A DNA stretch of 64,000 nucleotides from Marsupella aquatica (Eukaryota; Plantae; Marchantiophyta), in assembly GCA_973895155.1 (NCBI GenBank), contig OZ316892.1, forward strand, positions 2,607,223-2,671,222, in the 5' to 3' direction. The position numbers and the translations under genes were made by a program. This document shows, one piece after another, positions 39,394-53,008 of this stretch. Within the stretch, counting starts at the first letter, position 1. Every line of letters starts with the position of its first letter. Under the pieces are notes generated by a model. It worked only from the letters and a program-made list of their open reading frames with translations. It did no database searches and was not told the origin of the DNA.

Positions 39394-39635
39394 ATTGACG
39401 CAATCTCACGGAATGAACCGAGGTCGGAATTGGATGGGTATGCGAGGAGGAGGACTTCTGCGATGGAGAAACCGGAGACTGGGCAAATAATGTTCGTCTC
39501 GCTTCGACTTTCTTCTGAAGGAATGCGCGACAATGGAGAGGAATACTTCCGATTTGTTAGGGTTGGAGTGACTTCTAAGAATCCTCTGGAGGGACGCTAC
39601 ATGCATTACTGTCCTTCCTCTCGCTTCCACTCTAT

Positions 39636-40556
39636 TTGGAGGTGTAAAGCTATTGTGACACCTTGTGGGTGTAAGATTTCCTTGGAGGTGTGAAGCTTTT
39701 GTGAAACCTCAAGGTTGTAGGTAGCCCTCTTTTTGTGGGCGAAAATTAGCCAATAAGTTACCTAAACTTGTAACCTGTTGTTGGAGGGTTAATTACAGCC
39801 TGCTATAGTACACCTTGGGCGTGTAACATTTTGCTGGAGGTGTAAGTCTATTGTGACACCTTGTGAGTGTAAGATTTTGCTGGAGGTGTGCAGCTCTTGT
39901 GACACCTTGTGGGTTAAGATTTAGTTGGAGGTGTGAAGCTTTTGTGAAACCTCAAGGTTGTAGGTAGACATTTTTTTTGTGGGCTAAAATTAGCCAATAA
40001 GTTACCTAAACTTGTAACCTGTGGTTGGAGGGTTAATTGCAGCGTGCTAGATTACACCTTGGGGGTGTAAGATTTTGTTGGAGGTGTAAGTCTATTGTGA
40101 CACCTTGTGGGTGTAAGATTTAGTGGAGGTGTGAAGCTTTTGTGACACCTCAAGGGTGTAACCTGTGGAGGTTTAATTAAAGCTATTGTAGACATTAAGG
40201 GTGTGAAATTTTGTTGGAGGTGTAAAGCTATTGTGACACCTTGTGGGTGTAAAATGTGAAGCTTTTGTGACACCTCAAGGTTGTAACCTGTGGTTGGAGG
40301 TTTAATTACAGCTTGTACACCTTGTGGGTGTGACATTTAGTTAAGGGAATAATGCTATTGTGACACCTTGTAGGTGTAAGATTTTTTTGGAGTTGTGAAG
40401 CTTTTGTGATACCTTGTGAGTGTAAGATTTTGTTGGAGTTGTGAACTGCTTTTGTGATACATCAAGGATGTAACCTGTGGTTAAAGGTTTAATTGAAGCT
40501 ATTGTACACCTTGGGGGTGTGACATTTTTTGGAGGTGTCAAGCTTCTGTGACACCT
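39636..40556. repeat. ~46-bp tandem array with a 243-bp higher-order duplication, immediately upstream of PBB
   Basis: Unit TTGGAGGTGT(A/G)AAGCT(A/T)TTGTGACACCTTGTGGGTGTAAGATTT. The block at 39684 is repeated at 39927. Confidence 0.9.
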
Positions 40557-43500
40557 AGGGAATGATCCTTAGTTTCCCAGCCCCTTAAACAAGAGCAAAC
40601 CAGGCAGGAGACCCACTTATGGGGAGCAAACAAGGCAAAAGATCCATTAAACGAGAAAACCCAAGATCTACACTGTTCGCCGTAGTTCATGTCACTACGG
40701 AAACAGTGTAAAGTGTGTAACACTACCACTTAGTAAAGTAGTTTTGGAGCTCAAATGACACTATTTATGGAACATACTAACAAAACACCACAATCAGTGA
40801 TTCATATGAAAACACACAGCAAAAGATTTTACAAATGACTGCAAATCTATTGGTTTATTTAGGCTCTCTTGAATTCATGTATTTTTTGTCCATGCTATTA
40901 TCAAAATTTCCTTATTATCATAACATTTTCAACTAGTATTAGTCACACCCCTAAATAGTGTGACTACTCCTACAACTATTCATGATTTCATGCAGCAATT
41001 TTGGTATCATGCAAGCTGATTTCTATAATTACTGTTATTGGTAACAATAAGTGAATCACTTGCAATTACTGTTAACCCAGAGTTAGCGTTAGTAAGAGTA
41101 TTTCAAGAGGGGCTAGCCCGATTACCCATCCCTTGAAAAGTACATAATGTGCATATAGGCTTGTGTTATTATAATCCGACCCTTTTCGGTTATGGGACTC
41201 TGCATATCACCAGAATGAGAGCTATTTGGTTTTCTCTCAACTAAATAACTTGTCAATTAATCACTCAAGACAGTAAGCCCACTCTCATTAGTCACCAACA
41301 CCGCTTGTCATCCAATTGAAGGTTAACTGTCATCTAACCTTCAAACTTTGACTTTTTAAAGAGAACTTCCCATCTTAGGATGACTGAGGAAATTCACTGT
41401 TTTCAATTCTTCCTTTTCAAATTCATCCTCCATTTCTTAGCTAATCTCGAACATTTCCTTGGTAGACCAAACAGAATATATGATTTCAAATTTACTATAT
41501 ATGAACCAAACAAGGGTAATTATATAGATTCTCTCATTTCTACAACCATGGGTCCTTCAGAAACTTCCACTTATCAAACATTCAAAATATCTTAGTTGTA
41601 TGCTAACTTAATTTCTAGCCAAAGTACAATCAATCTCTAATGTTTTAAGTTCGACAATTCTGACCATCTTTTCTTGACAATTACTTTCTTCTCTTTATTT
41701 CAAATAATTTCACCAGACGCAAAGTCTACATGCGGAACCTTCATGTTGTCTTGAAGGCTTGGCTCCATAGCCAATTTTCTGACATGGATTTCTTTGACTG
41801 GACTTCAAACATTGGGGGCCTCAACTCAAGGGGTGTACAATATTATGCACAAAGTTTTTGGGGAATAAACACCTAAGTAAATAAAGTTTTTTAAAGGTTA
41901 TTTACCCCTAAATTAATGGAATATCCTTGGAATATTCTCACAATTGTTAAAAACTCCTATTATTATTATAATTCTCAAAATTGGATTAAAACATCCCAAA
42001 TGTTCTTCCACAATTTTTTTTAGTCATTCACTAAACCCAAGAAAAACCTTATACTTATTCACGTGCTCGGGGACCTCACTTCAAGGGAGGTCCCATATCA
42101 GTCGTAAAATTTTCAAGTACTAAGGGCGGTACCCTAAAACTTCAGGAAATAAAGTAGATTTTTACTATTTTTTAACCCCCAACTTTATGGAATACTAGAA
42201 ATATTTTCAAGTTTGGTATTAAAAACAACTTCTCAAAATTGGATTAAAATACCCCTATTTTCTTCCACAAATTGTTTCGTCTTCTGCCGGATTGAATTAA
42301 AAAAACCTAACTTCTTCGCCCACAATGCATCAGAAGAAAAGAACTGAGGACCTCAGGCTTCAAGCTCCATCTCCAGGCCTGGCAACAAAGCCCCCTCTCT
42401 TGGACTGTCTCATTTGCACTATAATCCTGGTTAAACTAAGGATAAGATCCCTCGTCTTTCCTTCCAAACTGACCTATACCCCCCATCCAAACTCAGGCAT
42501 TCCTAACTTTAACTGAACTACTGGTACTTACAACTGCCACATAGTCCTGTTTATACGGCCGCATGGTGAAGAGAGCTTGGACAGGAGCTCCATTGCCCTT
42601 AGTATTCTTGGCTCCAATAGGTTTCAGATCCCTTACTATCTCATGTTGAAAGAGGGGAGGATAAGTTCCAATCAGATCAGAATATGGGCATTGAGACATG
42701 GTGACTCACTGCATGCTGCTCTGAAGTGGGGCATGTCCATTCCATTGGCACACTTACCATTAGAGCAGCTTGATCTGCTCTTTAGTAATATTTTTGTAGA
42801 GCTGTAAAGGTTGATCCCGAGGTTGATGGTAGCATGTGTCCTTGCCGGGATCCTTGCTCCACATTGATGAACATGACAAACTTGCCTTGAATAAGATGAA
42901 AGACAAGCAGGTTCTTAATGTTTCAGTTTCCAGTGCAATTATGTAATTTAGTTTAATGTGTTTGTTGTACTAATTACCTTTTATTTTTCTCACTGGTTTG
43001 ATAGGAATGAGATCAGTCAAATGAACCAGCTCAACAGAGCAAGAGAAGATGTTCCTTGAGTGGCACAAGAAGTTTGATGAGATCGACTGGATAGGAGAGT
43101 TAACCAAGAACAAGTCAACCCTCAGTTTGCAGCTCGAGAGCTTGGTGGAGGCCCCCCTAGTGTTTCTGTTGGTAATAGTGTGTCAAGGAATAGATTTCAA
43201 ACTTATAATAACATCACCCTTTGTTGTGAAGGATGATAACAAAATTAAAGCCCCAATGGAGACCTAACGTAATTCTCAATAACCTGTTACAGATTACAAA
43301 GAGCAGAACAAACCAGATTCAATCCATGAATGTTTTGGATGATAGATCGGGTCTTTGATTTCCTTAATATTGATAAAGGGATCACTATGTATTGATCCCT
43401 TTGATTTGAATGAAGTGTTCACTTCATTAATTCAGAGATTACAAAACTATATAATGGCTCCCCTGGATTTTTTGAACAAAGTTTGAACCTTCAAAGATCT

Positions 43501-45904
43501 TATTATAAAAGCGCAAATGAAGTCTACTCTTAAGGGCCTAGAGTCTAGAGTGAAGCCTCTAGACCGTAACCCTCAATACAGACAAAAGTGATCATGATCA
43601 TGAGTCTCAATAAAAAATTGTAAATATATGAGGATGGACAACAATAATATTGATTCCAAATAAAGACAAAACTGAAACGAGGGTGGACAAAAGACAAGGG
43701 TGGGGCAAAGATTAGCTAAATTAACATAGAAATTTTAAAAGGCAAGAATTTTCTTTTTCATATCTATTTACATTCAAGGAACTGGTAATCGGGCTGCTGT
43801 ACAGACTGGATTGAAATGTGAAATCACAAAGTCCCATGCCACTTTGTAATATTGTCATGTAAGTTTCAAATGACTATACAAAAAAATTATAAACTCGACT
43901 CAAACTGTGTTAATGGCATATTCAAAATGGATACACGGTTGTAAAGAATAGTCTGAATATGCCATTTGCTCAAAGAATATGCTAGTTCCATGAATGAATA
44001 ATGAGATTCATTAAGGCAATTATGAACTTCCGTAACCCATTAATGAAATTATGTATGCGAGTTATGAAAATTGGTTGTGTCAAGCCAGAAATTACAGGAA
44101 GTAGACACCTGTAACGCATACAGTCAAGGATACTAGCTGTCCCATTAGAAACTATCCTAAACTATAATACACTGTTGCACCTTTTTTCCCCGTGGTCGTC
44201 ATTCAAAAATGCAGTGCCAACAAAAACGGTAATCAATAGACACAAGGGATAAAACCAAAAACAAATTATTTATAGAGTGGACCAAAAGTACAGTAAATTT
44301 TTTCACACAAAAGGGAATCAAATGATGGAGACAAAAGACAAAAATGAAACTAAATCGCATGCACGAGTATCAAGGAGAAACCGACTGTACCATCATAGAT
44401 ACACAAGAAAACAATATTGAGTGCACTATTAAGTGACTATAATACCATTTACTCTAGAAAGGGTACATTTACAAACTCAAGAAAAAATGGGAACAAATCT
44501 TAGCCCTTAGTTGAAAATTTGTTTTTTTGCAACCGCCGGATCCATCCATACTGTTGTATGCTAACAAAAGCAAATATCATCAAATAAATGCTAAAAACTT
44601 GGTGTTCGTTCCCGAGAAAGAACAAGAATGGGATGAAAAGATGTTTTAAAATGGTTTGAGTGGTTTAGAGACGGTACTCAACATCTATAAGAAAAATATG
44701 ATCTTAATTCAACAAAACACAGGCAATTAACAAAATGGAAACAAAAATGACATTTGCTGAATAATAAAATTTTAGAGCTTTTAGAGGTATAGTTTAACAA
44801 TATTTAACTCCGTCACCATATCTTGAGAAAGAGCTATGGCATTATTTAAGACATTGATAAGTCAAACATAACCTTGCTATAGCTACTCTCTAGGTTTCTA
44901 TCATAAATGCAGGTTTAAAAAGTGTCTATGCTCACAAAATCCAAGATAAGTTTTGGATTGTGCATATAGTAGTGTGTCATTAAAATGCCGACAACATGTT
45001 TCCTTCTTCAGCAATGCGCAATTCCAAAGGAAAACTAATGCACATTCAGTATACCACAATGATACTTCAAATCTGTGAATTAAGAATATTGCTACTTCTT
45101 AACATATAGATTTCTCTTTCTTGATTACATGCAATACTTATCTTCCAAAGATAAGTCCTTCATGAAAATATAGAAATCGACAACAAATGTTGTTGTTTGA
45201 ATTAGGCACCGACCAACAGATCTTCTAATACATTCCACAAACTGTATTTTTATGAGTTTTATTTCTTACGGTAATTGCAACATGCATTACCATACGAAGG
45301 AGGGTAGACTCCTAGCACGAGTAATCAAATTTCAAAGCATACAAATTTTCCTTGCAAAAATGCATTACAAGTACAAGGGACAAAACTCCAAGATGAGGAG
45401 ATGCAAATAACTATCCACTCTATCTCAAAATGAGACTGGAATCACAATAAGTACATGAGATTGCCCACGGGCTAAGGAGAATGAAGAGACATGCCTCTTC
45501 ATTTCCTAAGTCTAAACTAAGTCAACTAAAGTCAACTTTGACTAAGGAATAGTCAAGTAATCAAACTAGAATAAGCTAAATAAAAAGGTCTACAAACTAA
45601 AGTACTAACCTCATAGTATAATAAGAGGGGGGTCAACTACAAGTAAAGGAAGGTGAGCTACATAACCAAGGGCTAACTTCCCTTTGGTCTTCTGTCCCTT
45701 CAAATACATATAAGTCATTGCTCACTGGTCTTCCGAGTGGGATGTCCATCCGGTCCGATTCAAACAAAGTAATCTGATGGCCATGGAATGTTTGGGGCTG
45801 GAAGAGGAAAAGATGCAATGACCTTTCTACAATGGTAAACCCAACTCCATAAGTCAGGAGTCTCAATCAATGGCAGTCTCAGCTTGTTGACCCTGGGCCC
45901 TCAC

Positions 45905-46150
45905 CTTGGGGGGGTCACTTCCATGGAAGTGGCATATCACGTGCGACGAAGTATAGGGTCATTTAAATGGTTTTGGCGAAAGACTTATTAAGTCTTCAAT
46001 GGAAACATAGGGTTATTTAATTGCAAAATGCATATGTGTCATCACATGATTGGTGTCGTACAACTTTATAGAAAGTGACTTAGGGGGTCATAAATGATCC
46101 AAACCATTGCACGTGATGTATGAATCTTCATATAGTGACCCCCCCCCGAG
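45905..46150. mobile_element. MITE, 246 bp, TIR CT(T/C)GGGGGGGTCACT, 8-bp TSD
   Basis: GCCCTCAC is duplicated at 45897-45904 and 46151-46158. The ends are CTTGGGGGGGTCACT and AGTGACCCCCCCCCGAG, with inverted similarity continuing ~60 bp inward (ATCACGTGC / GCACGTGAT). Confidence 0.85.
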
Positions 46151-47057
46151 GCCCTCACTTCGTGTAAACAAAGTGGACCTCCCTGCGATCGGACCCTTTT
46201 CCTGTTTACCCCTTGTTATTTCCATTTTACTATTAAAAGTTCCCTTATTGCCGGTAATAATTATAATTATTAGTTCAAAATTAATAAAAACTACCCTTCG
46301 AGCGTTCGCACGTCCTCCACGTATTAGTTAAGACTGAGGGCCTAAGGTTTTTGTCGATAGGTAGCCATAGAATACCACAAGAAATAGAAACCATGTCATA
46401 GGTATATGGATAAAGAAAAAACTCACGACCAAACATAAGTGGAGGTAAGGGAGGTGCAAGAGGAATGCGTGCGTCGATGAGTGACCTGATCATCCTATCA
46501 AACTCGGCGGAGAAGACAAAAAGAGGCTCAATATTGGCAACACAAGAGACAATAGGAGGGTGAGACATCAAAAGGGTATGAGCTATAAAGGGTACACTGG
46601 GAGGCTCTACAGTCTCAAGCTCAGTCTCAGTCTTGGGAATAGGCTCAGGAATGGGTTCATTTCCTTCCCTGGTAGGAGAGGGAAATGAATCATCAGGAGG
46701 TGATAGGGTGGTATCCTCGATGGGGAAAATGGATCTGGAGGGGGTACTGGTGAAGGGGGTAAAGGCTCAAGGGTAGGGGATGGAGGGTGCTCGGATAAAG
46801 GGGGTGTAGGTGTGGAGGGAAGAGGAAGTAAAGGATCAACAATAGGTATCTCCGACTCATCCACATCCATAGGGTGGTCAGGCTATGGTGAAGGTGCAGG
46901 AGATGAAACATGAGGGGGTGGGGTGGAACGAGACTCGGAAAGCAAAGTACGAATATAATCAAATACCTGCATGGGAGTACAACTCAAGAGTCTAGTGGCC
47001 TCATCTACCAAATGCTGGTTGAAACCAGCCACACTAGCTAGTCTCTCGGCATCACCA

Positions 47058-50000
47058 CACTAGAAGAAAACAGGGCCCTTTATGACCAATCACCCAATGA
47101 CGGAAATGAATCAATGACCAAAATTTCTAATGACACAGAAAGAATGACGAAAGAATGACTGTCCACAATGACCAATAGACTGAAATGACAAAATGATAAC
47201 TTTTGCGTCATTTTGTATAATGTCTATAATGACTGATGCGACCAAAATGACACAATTTACCTAAAATGGTCAATTTAGACACATGTCCTAAATGACCCAA
47301 TAAATAACAACAATGATAAATCAGTGTTTAGAACCATTATAGTCACTTTGGACAATTAATGAAATGACCAAAAATCTATTTGGGTCATTTTGGATAACGG
47401 TGATAAATGACAAAAATGTATTTCCGTCATTTTAACCAACGGTGTTAAATGACAAAATCTAGGGTCAATCTGAAAATAAGAATATATTAGTGTTTACAAT
47501 AACATACCGTCATTATGAACTTCTCTCATAAATGACTAACTCTAGGGTCAATCTTGAAATTAGAATATATCAGTGTTTACAACAATATACTGTCATTATG
47601 TACTTGTCACATAAATGACTAAATATAGGGTCAATCTAAAAATCATGATATATCAATGTTTACAATAACATACAGTCATTATGGACTTATTGCATAAATG
47701 ACTACTTATAGAGTCATTAAAGAACCCAAGAGATATCAAGATTAAAATACTCAATAGTCATTCCAGACACCGATCATAATTGTAGAGTCATTGAAGAATG
47801 CCAATGACTACAATAAGGGTAATGTCAGTGGTCATATTAGAGGTCATTTTGACCAAATGACTATATAAGTTGTCATTCAAGACATCCCTCATGGTGTCAT
47901 TATGGACCAGCATAAATGAGCATTTTTGGTCTACAAGCTTAAGGTGGGCCCGAGTGTGTCATGGGCCCTACATAGAGGTGAGAACCCCTCCACTTGGTGT
48001 GGGACACTATACTCATCATTGTCCAACCACTAGTTGCGGCATTAGCAATTTGAACACATGTCTTTGCATTTACTTAAGGCATGATGCACCTTTGGGGAAA
48101 TCACTCCCAAGTCGTATGACTTTGGAGTGATTTGCCAAAAGCGTCACCATGGATGCATACCATCACATCCAAAGGCAAATAAAAGTTGTTTTTGGGTTCT
48201 CCAAGAGGTAGTGTTGCACCAATGGAATGGGCAGGGGAGTCATGCTTCTCTGTATGGTGTGGGTGCGGGTTTAAGGAAGAGGAATATTCCAACCTTGCAA
48301 GGAATCTAAAATGGGCTCTCTTTGGAGGTACTAGGGCCTTTATTGGGTCATATGTGAGCAACGGACCGTCATAAATGCCAATGACTACAAGTAGGGTCAT
48401 TAGAATTGTCATATGGGAAGTCATATAAGTTTAATGACTGTAGTTGTGGTCATTTGAGGGGTCCCTTGTGTAGTCATTAAGCAAAAGCACAAATGACCAG
48501 TTTGGGGCTAGGGGCTGGAGGTGGGCCCTAGAGTGCCATGTGGCCCACATAGAGGTGAGAACCCTTCCACTGGGTGCGGGACACTATACTCATCATTGTC
48601 CAACCACTAGTTGTGACATAAACACTTTGGACACATGTCTTTGCATTTACTTAAGGCATGATGCACCTGTGGGGAAATCACTCCCAAGTCATACGACTTT
48701 GGAGTGATTTGTCAAAAGTGTCAAATGGGCGCATACCATCACATCCAAAGGCAAATAAAAGTTGTTTTTGGGTTCTCCAAGAGGTAGTGCTGCACCAATG
48801 GAATGGGCAGGGGAGTTGTGCTTCCTTGTATGGTGTGGGTGCGGGTTTAGAGAAGAGGAATATTCTGACCTTCCAAGGAATCTAAAGCGGGCTCTCTTTG
48901 GAGGTACTATGGCCCACATTGGGTCATTTTTGCACAAAGTTGTGTCATAAGTGCCAATGACTACAAATAGGGTCATTGAAATTGTCATATAGGATGTCAT
49001 ATAAGTCAAATTACTGGACTTGTTGTCATTTGAAGGGTCCCTAGTGCAGTCATTGAAGACAAGCCTGAATGACCAATTTGGGGCTAAGGGCTGGAGGTCG
49101 GCGCTAGAGTACCATGTAGCCCCACATAGAGCTCGCAACCCTTCCACTAGGTGCCAAATACTATATTTACGATTCTCCAACCACTAGTTGCATCATTAGC
49201 ACTTTGGTCTCATTTTTGTGTTTACTTAAGGGATGATACAATCTTGGGGAAATCACTCCCAAGTCATGCGACTTTGGAGTGATTTGCCGAAAGTGTCACC
49301 ATTGATGCATACCATCCTATCCAAAGGGAAATGATCGAAGCCATTTTTTGTCTCTCCAAGAAGTAGCGCAACACCAATGGAAGACTATCATCCTTCCATG
49401 TAATTGTGTCATGTTTGTGCCTTTGTTTGGATGGGGAATATTCTATTTTGCAAATGAATAGTGATGGGGCAATGAAGGATGTAGTGTAATCTTTATTGGG
49501 TCATTTTTAGACAAATTTGTGTCATAAATGCCAATGACTACAAGTAGAGTCATTAAAACTGTCATATGGTATGTCATATAAGTCAAGTGACTAGACTTGT
49601 GGTCATTTGTGTGGTCCCCCATGCAGTCATTAAATAGAAGCACAAATGACCAGTTTGGGGCTAGGGGCTGAAGGTGGGCCCTAGAGTGCCATGTGGCCCC
49701 ACATAGAGGTGAGAAACTCTCCACTAGGTGCGGGACATTATACTCATCATTGTCCAACCACTAGTTGCGACATAAACACTTTGGACACATGTTTTTGCGT
49801 TTACTTAAGGCATGATGCGCCCTTGGGGAAATCACTCCCAAGTCATACAACTTTGGAGTGATTTGCCAAAAGTGTCACCATGGATGCATACCATCGTATC
49901 CAAACGCAAATGGAACCATTTTTTTGTCTCTCCAAGAAGTAGCGCAACACCAATGGAAGGTTGTCATCTTGTGATGTAATTGTGTCATGTTTGTGCCGAT

Positions 50001-52659
50001 GTTTGGATGGGGAATACTCCATTTTGCATATGAATAGTGTCGGGGCATTGTGAGTAGGTGTTTGAATCTTCATTGGGTCATTTTGGAGGAATAGTGTGTC
50101 ATTAATGCCAAAGACTGCAGTAAGGGTCATTTTGGCAGTCCTTTTGGAAGTCATTTGTGCCAAATGACTCCATATGGGGTCATTATAGAGGTCCCTCATG
50201 GTGTCATTATGGACCATCATAAATGACCCTTAATTGGAGCTTAAGGTGGCCCTAGTGTGCCATGGGGCCCTACATGAAGGTGGCAACCTCTCCACAAGGT
50301 GCGGGGTACTATACCCACTATTCTCCAACCACTAGTTGCACCATGAGCAGTTTGGAGCCATGTTTTTGAAATTACTTAAGGGATGATCCAACCTTGGGGA
50401 AAATCACTCCCAAGTTAATATACAACTTTGGAGTGATTTGCCAAAAGTATCACCATACATGCATACCATCCATTCCAAAGGCAAACAAAAATTGTTTTTG
50501 TCTCTCCAAGAGGTATATAGTGCAATACTAGTGGAAGACTATGTCCTTCTATATAACTATGTCATGTTCGTGCCAACATTTGGATTTTGGATATATTCTA
50601 TTAAATTTCAAAGGAATTGTAAGGGGGCACTCCGAGAGGTAGTATACTCTTCATTGGGTCATTTTCACCTAATATCTGTCATTAATGCCAATGACTACAA
50701 TAAGGGTCATCTTGGTAGTCATATTGGAGGTCATTTGGAGCAATTGATTGCATATGTGGTCATTAATGAAAACACCTCAAATTAGGGTAATCTTGGTTGT
50801 CATACTAGAGGTCAGAAGTACCAAATGACTGGAAATGTGGTCTTTACAAAGGCTATTGGGGGGTTCTCTTTGGAGGCACAAGGGAGTTCATTGGGTCATT
50901 TGTGAATTAAATGGTGCTTCATTCTGAGGACTAAACGTGGGGTCACTCACGCTGTCATATTGGAAGCCATTAATGTTGGCATATTGGAGGTCATATAGTC
51001 ATGGGAAGGCTCACTTGTTAATGCTTTGGTGTAATGCTCTCAAAACTCTTAGACAACATAGCCTCATATGTAGTGGTCATGTAGCATGTAAGGGGCCCGG
51101 GAAGTGGGCCCTAGACGAGGGTGCTGGCAAGGGCATGTACAAAAGTACACATACTATACATATGTCTGTGAAACTAATAGTTGCCCTATAAGTGTGCTAG
51201 AGTCATGATTGAGGGTTTCTCTCAATTGAGTCATGAGTGGAGAGCTATTAAATGCTATCATTTGGATGAGTAACATTTGGTCCCTAGTGCAGCCATTGAA
51301 GACAAGAACAATGGTGTGTCATTAATGATAACACCTCAAATTAGGGTCATCTTGGCTGTCATACTAGAGGTCAGAAATACCTATCACCCAAAAAACATGG
51401 CCGTTACATAGTTAATTACACTAGTGTAATTCACAAAACCCTCACCTCCCATGAAGGATTAATTTGTTTAAATGAGGGGCGGGTTACGGGTTTAGGGTCA
51501 ATGTGATCTTGAGCCATAACTCTAGAGCACCCTAAACCCCTTGGTCCAAAAGGACCTTTTATATCATGGATGTCCTTTTTTATATATAACATTCATCCTT
51601 AACATTCTTGTTGGCACCTACACAAACAGCCATGACCTTACGGGGTCCAAACATTTTCATGAGCACGACATGTGCCTCTACCTGGGCTGGCCATCCTAGG
51701 GCCAAATTTGACATAGTCACCCTGTTACACATTCCCAGTCAAAGCAGGTACATCTACAACTCTCAAAATGGGGTAAAAGTATTGGTTTACACCTCCTTTA
51801 CACCCTGTTTACACCTTATTTGTAGGTCTGTAAACCAAGACTTACACCCTTGTGAATTCCCTCACGACTTCTCCCTTACATCTCAACTTTGGAACTCAAC
51901 CCTCATAGGCTCATCCAAATTGACTTGGGTGTCAACCTAGTTCTAAAACCAAGCTTTACACTGATGTACATTTATGTAAAGAGGATTTTACTCCTTCCCT
52001 TCGTGTTTTCAAAATCTCCACTCGCAAAAAATGCCGCGCTCAAGGCTTTTGGTGTTTCAAGACCTTCAACTCTCTGCCTATGGAGCTTCATGCAACTGCA
52101 ATGAGACCTGAAAATCTTCTTGGTCCGACGACTCACAATCGCCACCAGATCTTGGCGCTGCTTTCTTCCAAGTTTGCAACAACCAATTTCAATGCGTTCA
52201 ATGGAAATTCTTTCCATCCTTCCATTGTGCGCGACTGGACCTACTTTGTCAATGCCAGATATGGCCTTACATCTTGCGGTTTGAAGGTTGGGAGCATTTC
52301 GAGGTGACATGCAATCCAGGTGAGCGCAATCCAGGATCAGCTCGATGTTGGGCGATGGCGGAGATGAGGAGGGCTGCGCAAGAGCTTGAGGTCATGAGTG
52401 CTTCGATCTTTCTGGCTGTTGTCAGCCTACTTTGTGGGTACCCACGCAGACGTTGATGGACCTGATGTGAGTCAACCACATCTCCCAATGTGGTTACACT
52501 TCAAAAAAGTTTTTGAAATCTGAGCAGCAGTGAATATTGGGAATAGAACCAATGGAGGAGGATAAGTTGGGACGTCCGAATGGTGGATGGGAACTCGCAG
52601 GATGCCATGGAGATGCTGGCAGTGTGTGGAGATTTGATTGGAGCTGCGCAAGCTGCTAT
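47058..52659. mobile_element. CACTA element terminus with ATGAC-rich subterminal region and internal satellite; partner end not in window
   Basis: CACTAGAAGAAAACAGGGCCCTTTATGAC at 47058 is followed by dense ATGAC/GTCAT motifs, an ~83-bp repeat (47447-47700) and the ~576-bp array. The right boundary is set only by the next CACTA insertion. Confidence 0.7.
47860..51390. repeat. ~576-bp tandem repeat, 5 clear copies plus a degenerate tail
   Basis: The anchor AAATCACTCCCAAGT..ACTTTGGAGTGATTT occurs at 48098, 48675, 49250, 49829 and 50401. A further matching pair lies at ~50760 and ~51320. Confidence 0.9.
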
Positions 52660-53008
52660 CACTAGTGAAAAATAGTGTCCTTAATGACTAGAATGAGGAC
52701 TGAAAAATGAGTCATATGTACCAATATATGACTAGAGATTTTCTGTCATACCTGCCTCGTCTTTTAGGATAGTCAATTAAGACAAATGACTAAAACTCTC
52801 ACCAGTCATTTATGGTAGTCCTAAATGACACAATATTTTTGAAATGACATGTTGTCCTAAATGACTGAATGAACGGCCGTCAGTCATTTAGGCATATCTT
52901 TAATGATACATATTTAAACAAATCATATTACAACACGTGGCAACTACACATGGTTGTCATTATATGTCATTTCAAACATGTCATAAATGACACAATAATA
53001 AATCATTT

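Noticed and set aside
42325-43267. Coding-like decayed sequence with a possible intron
   Set aside because: It has multiple stops and no recognisable domain.
45620-47057. Pro-rich - strand ORF fragments, possibly retroelement-derived
   Set aside because: No gag, RT or integrase motif, PBS or LTR pair was recognised, so it is left unassigned.
51414-51431. Palindrome AATTACACTAGTGTAATT (and CTAGTG at ~63987) as closing CACTA TIRs
   Set aside because: Only the CTAGTG core matches. The T-run and the rest of the expected TIR are absent.
51972-52488. Short ORFs just left of the 52660 TIR
   Set aside because: No recognisable motifs in any frame. This is probably internal sequence of the outer CACTA.
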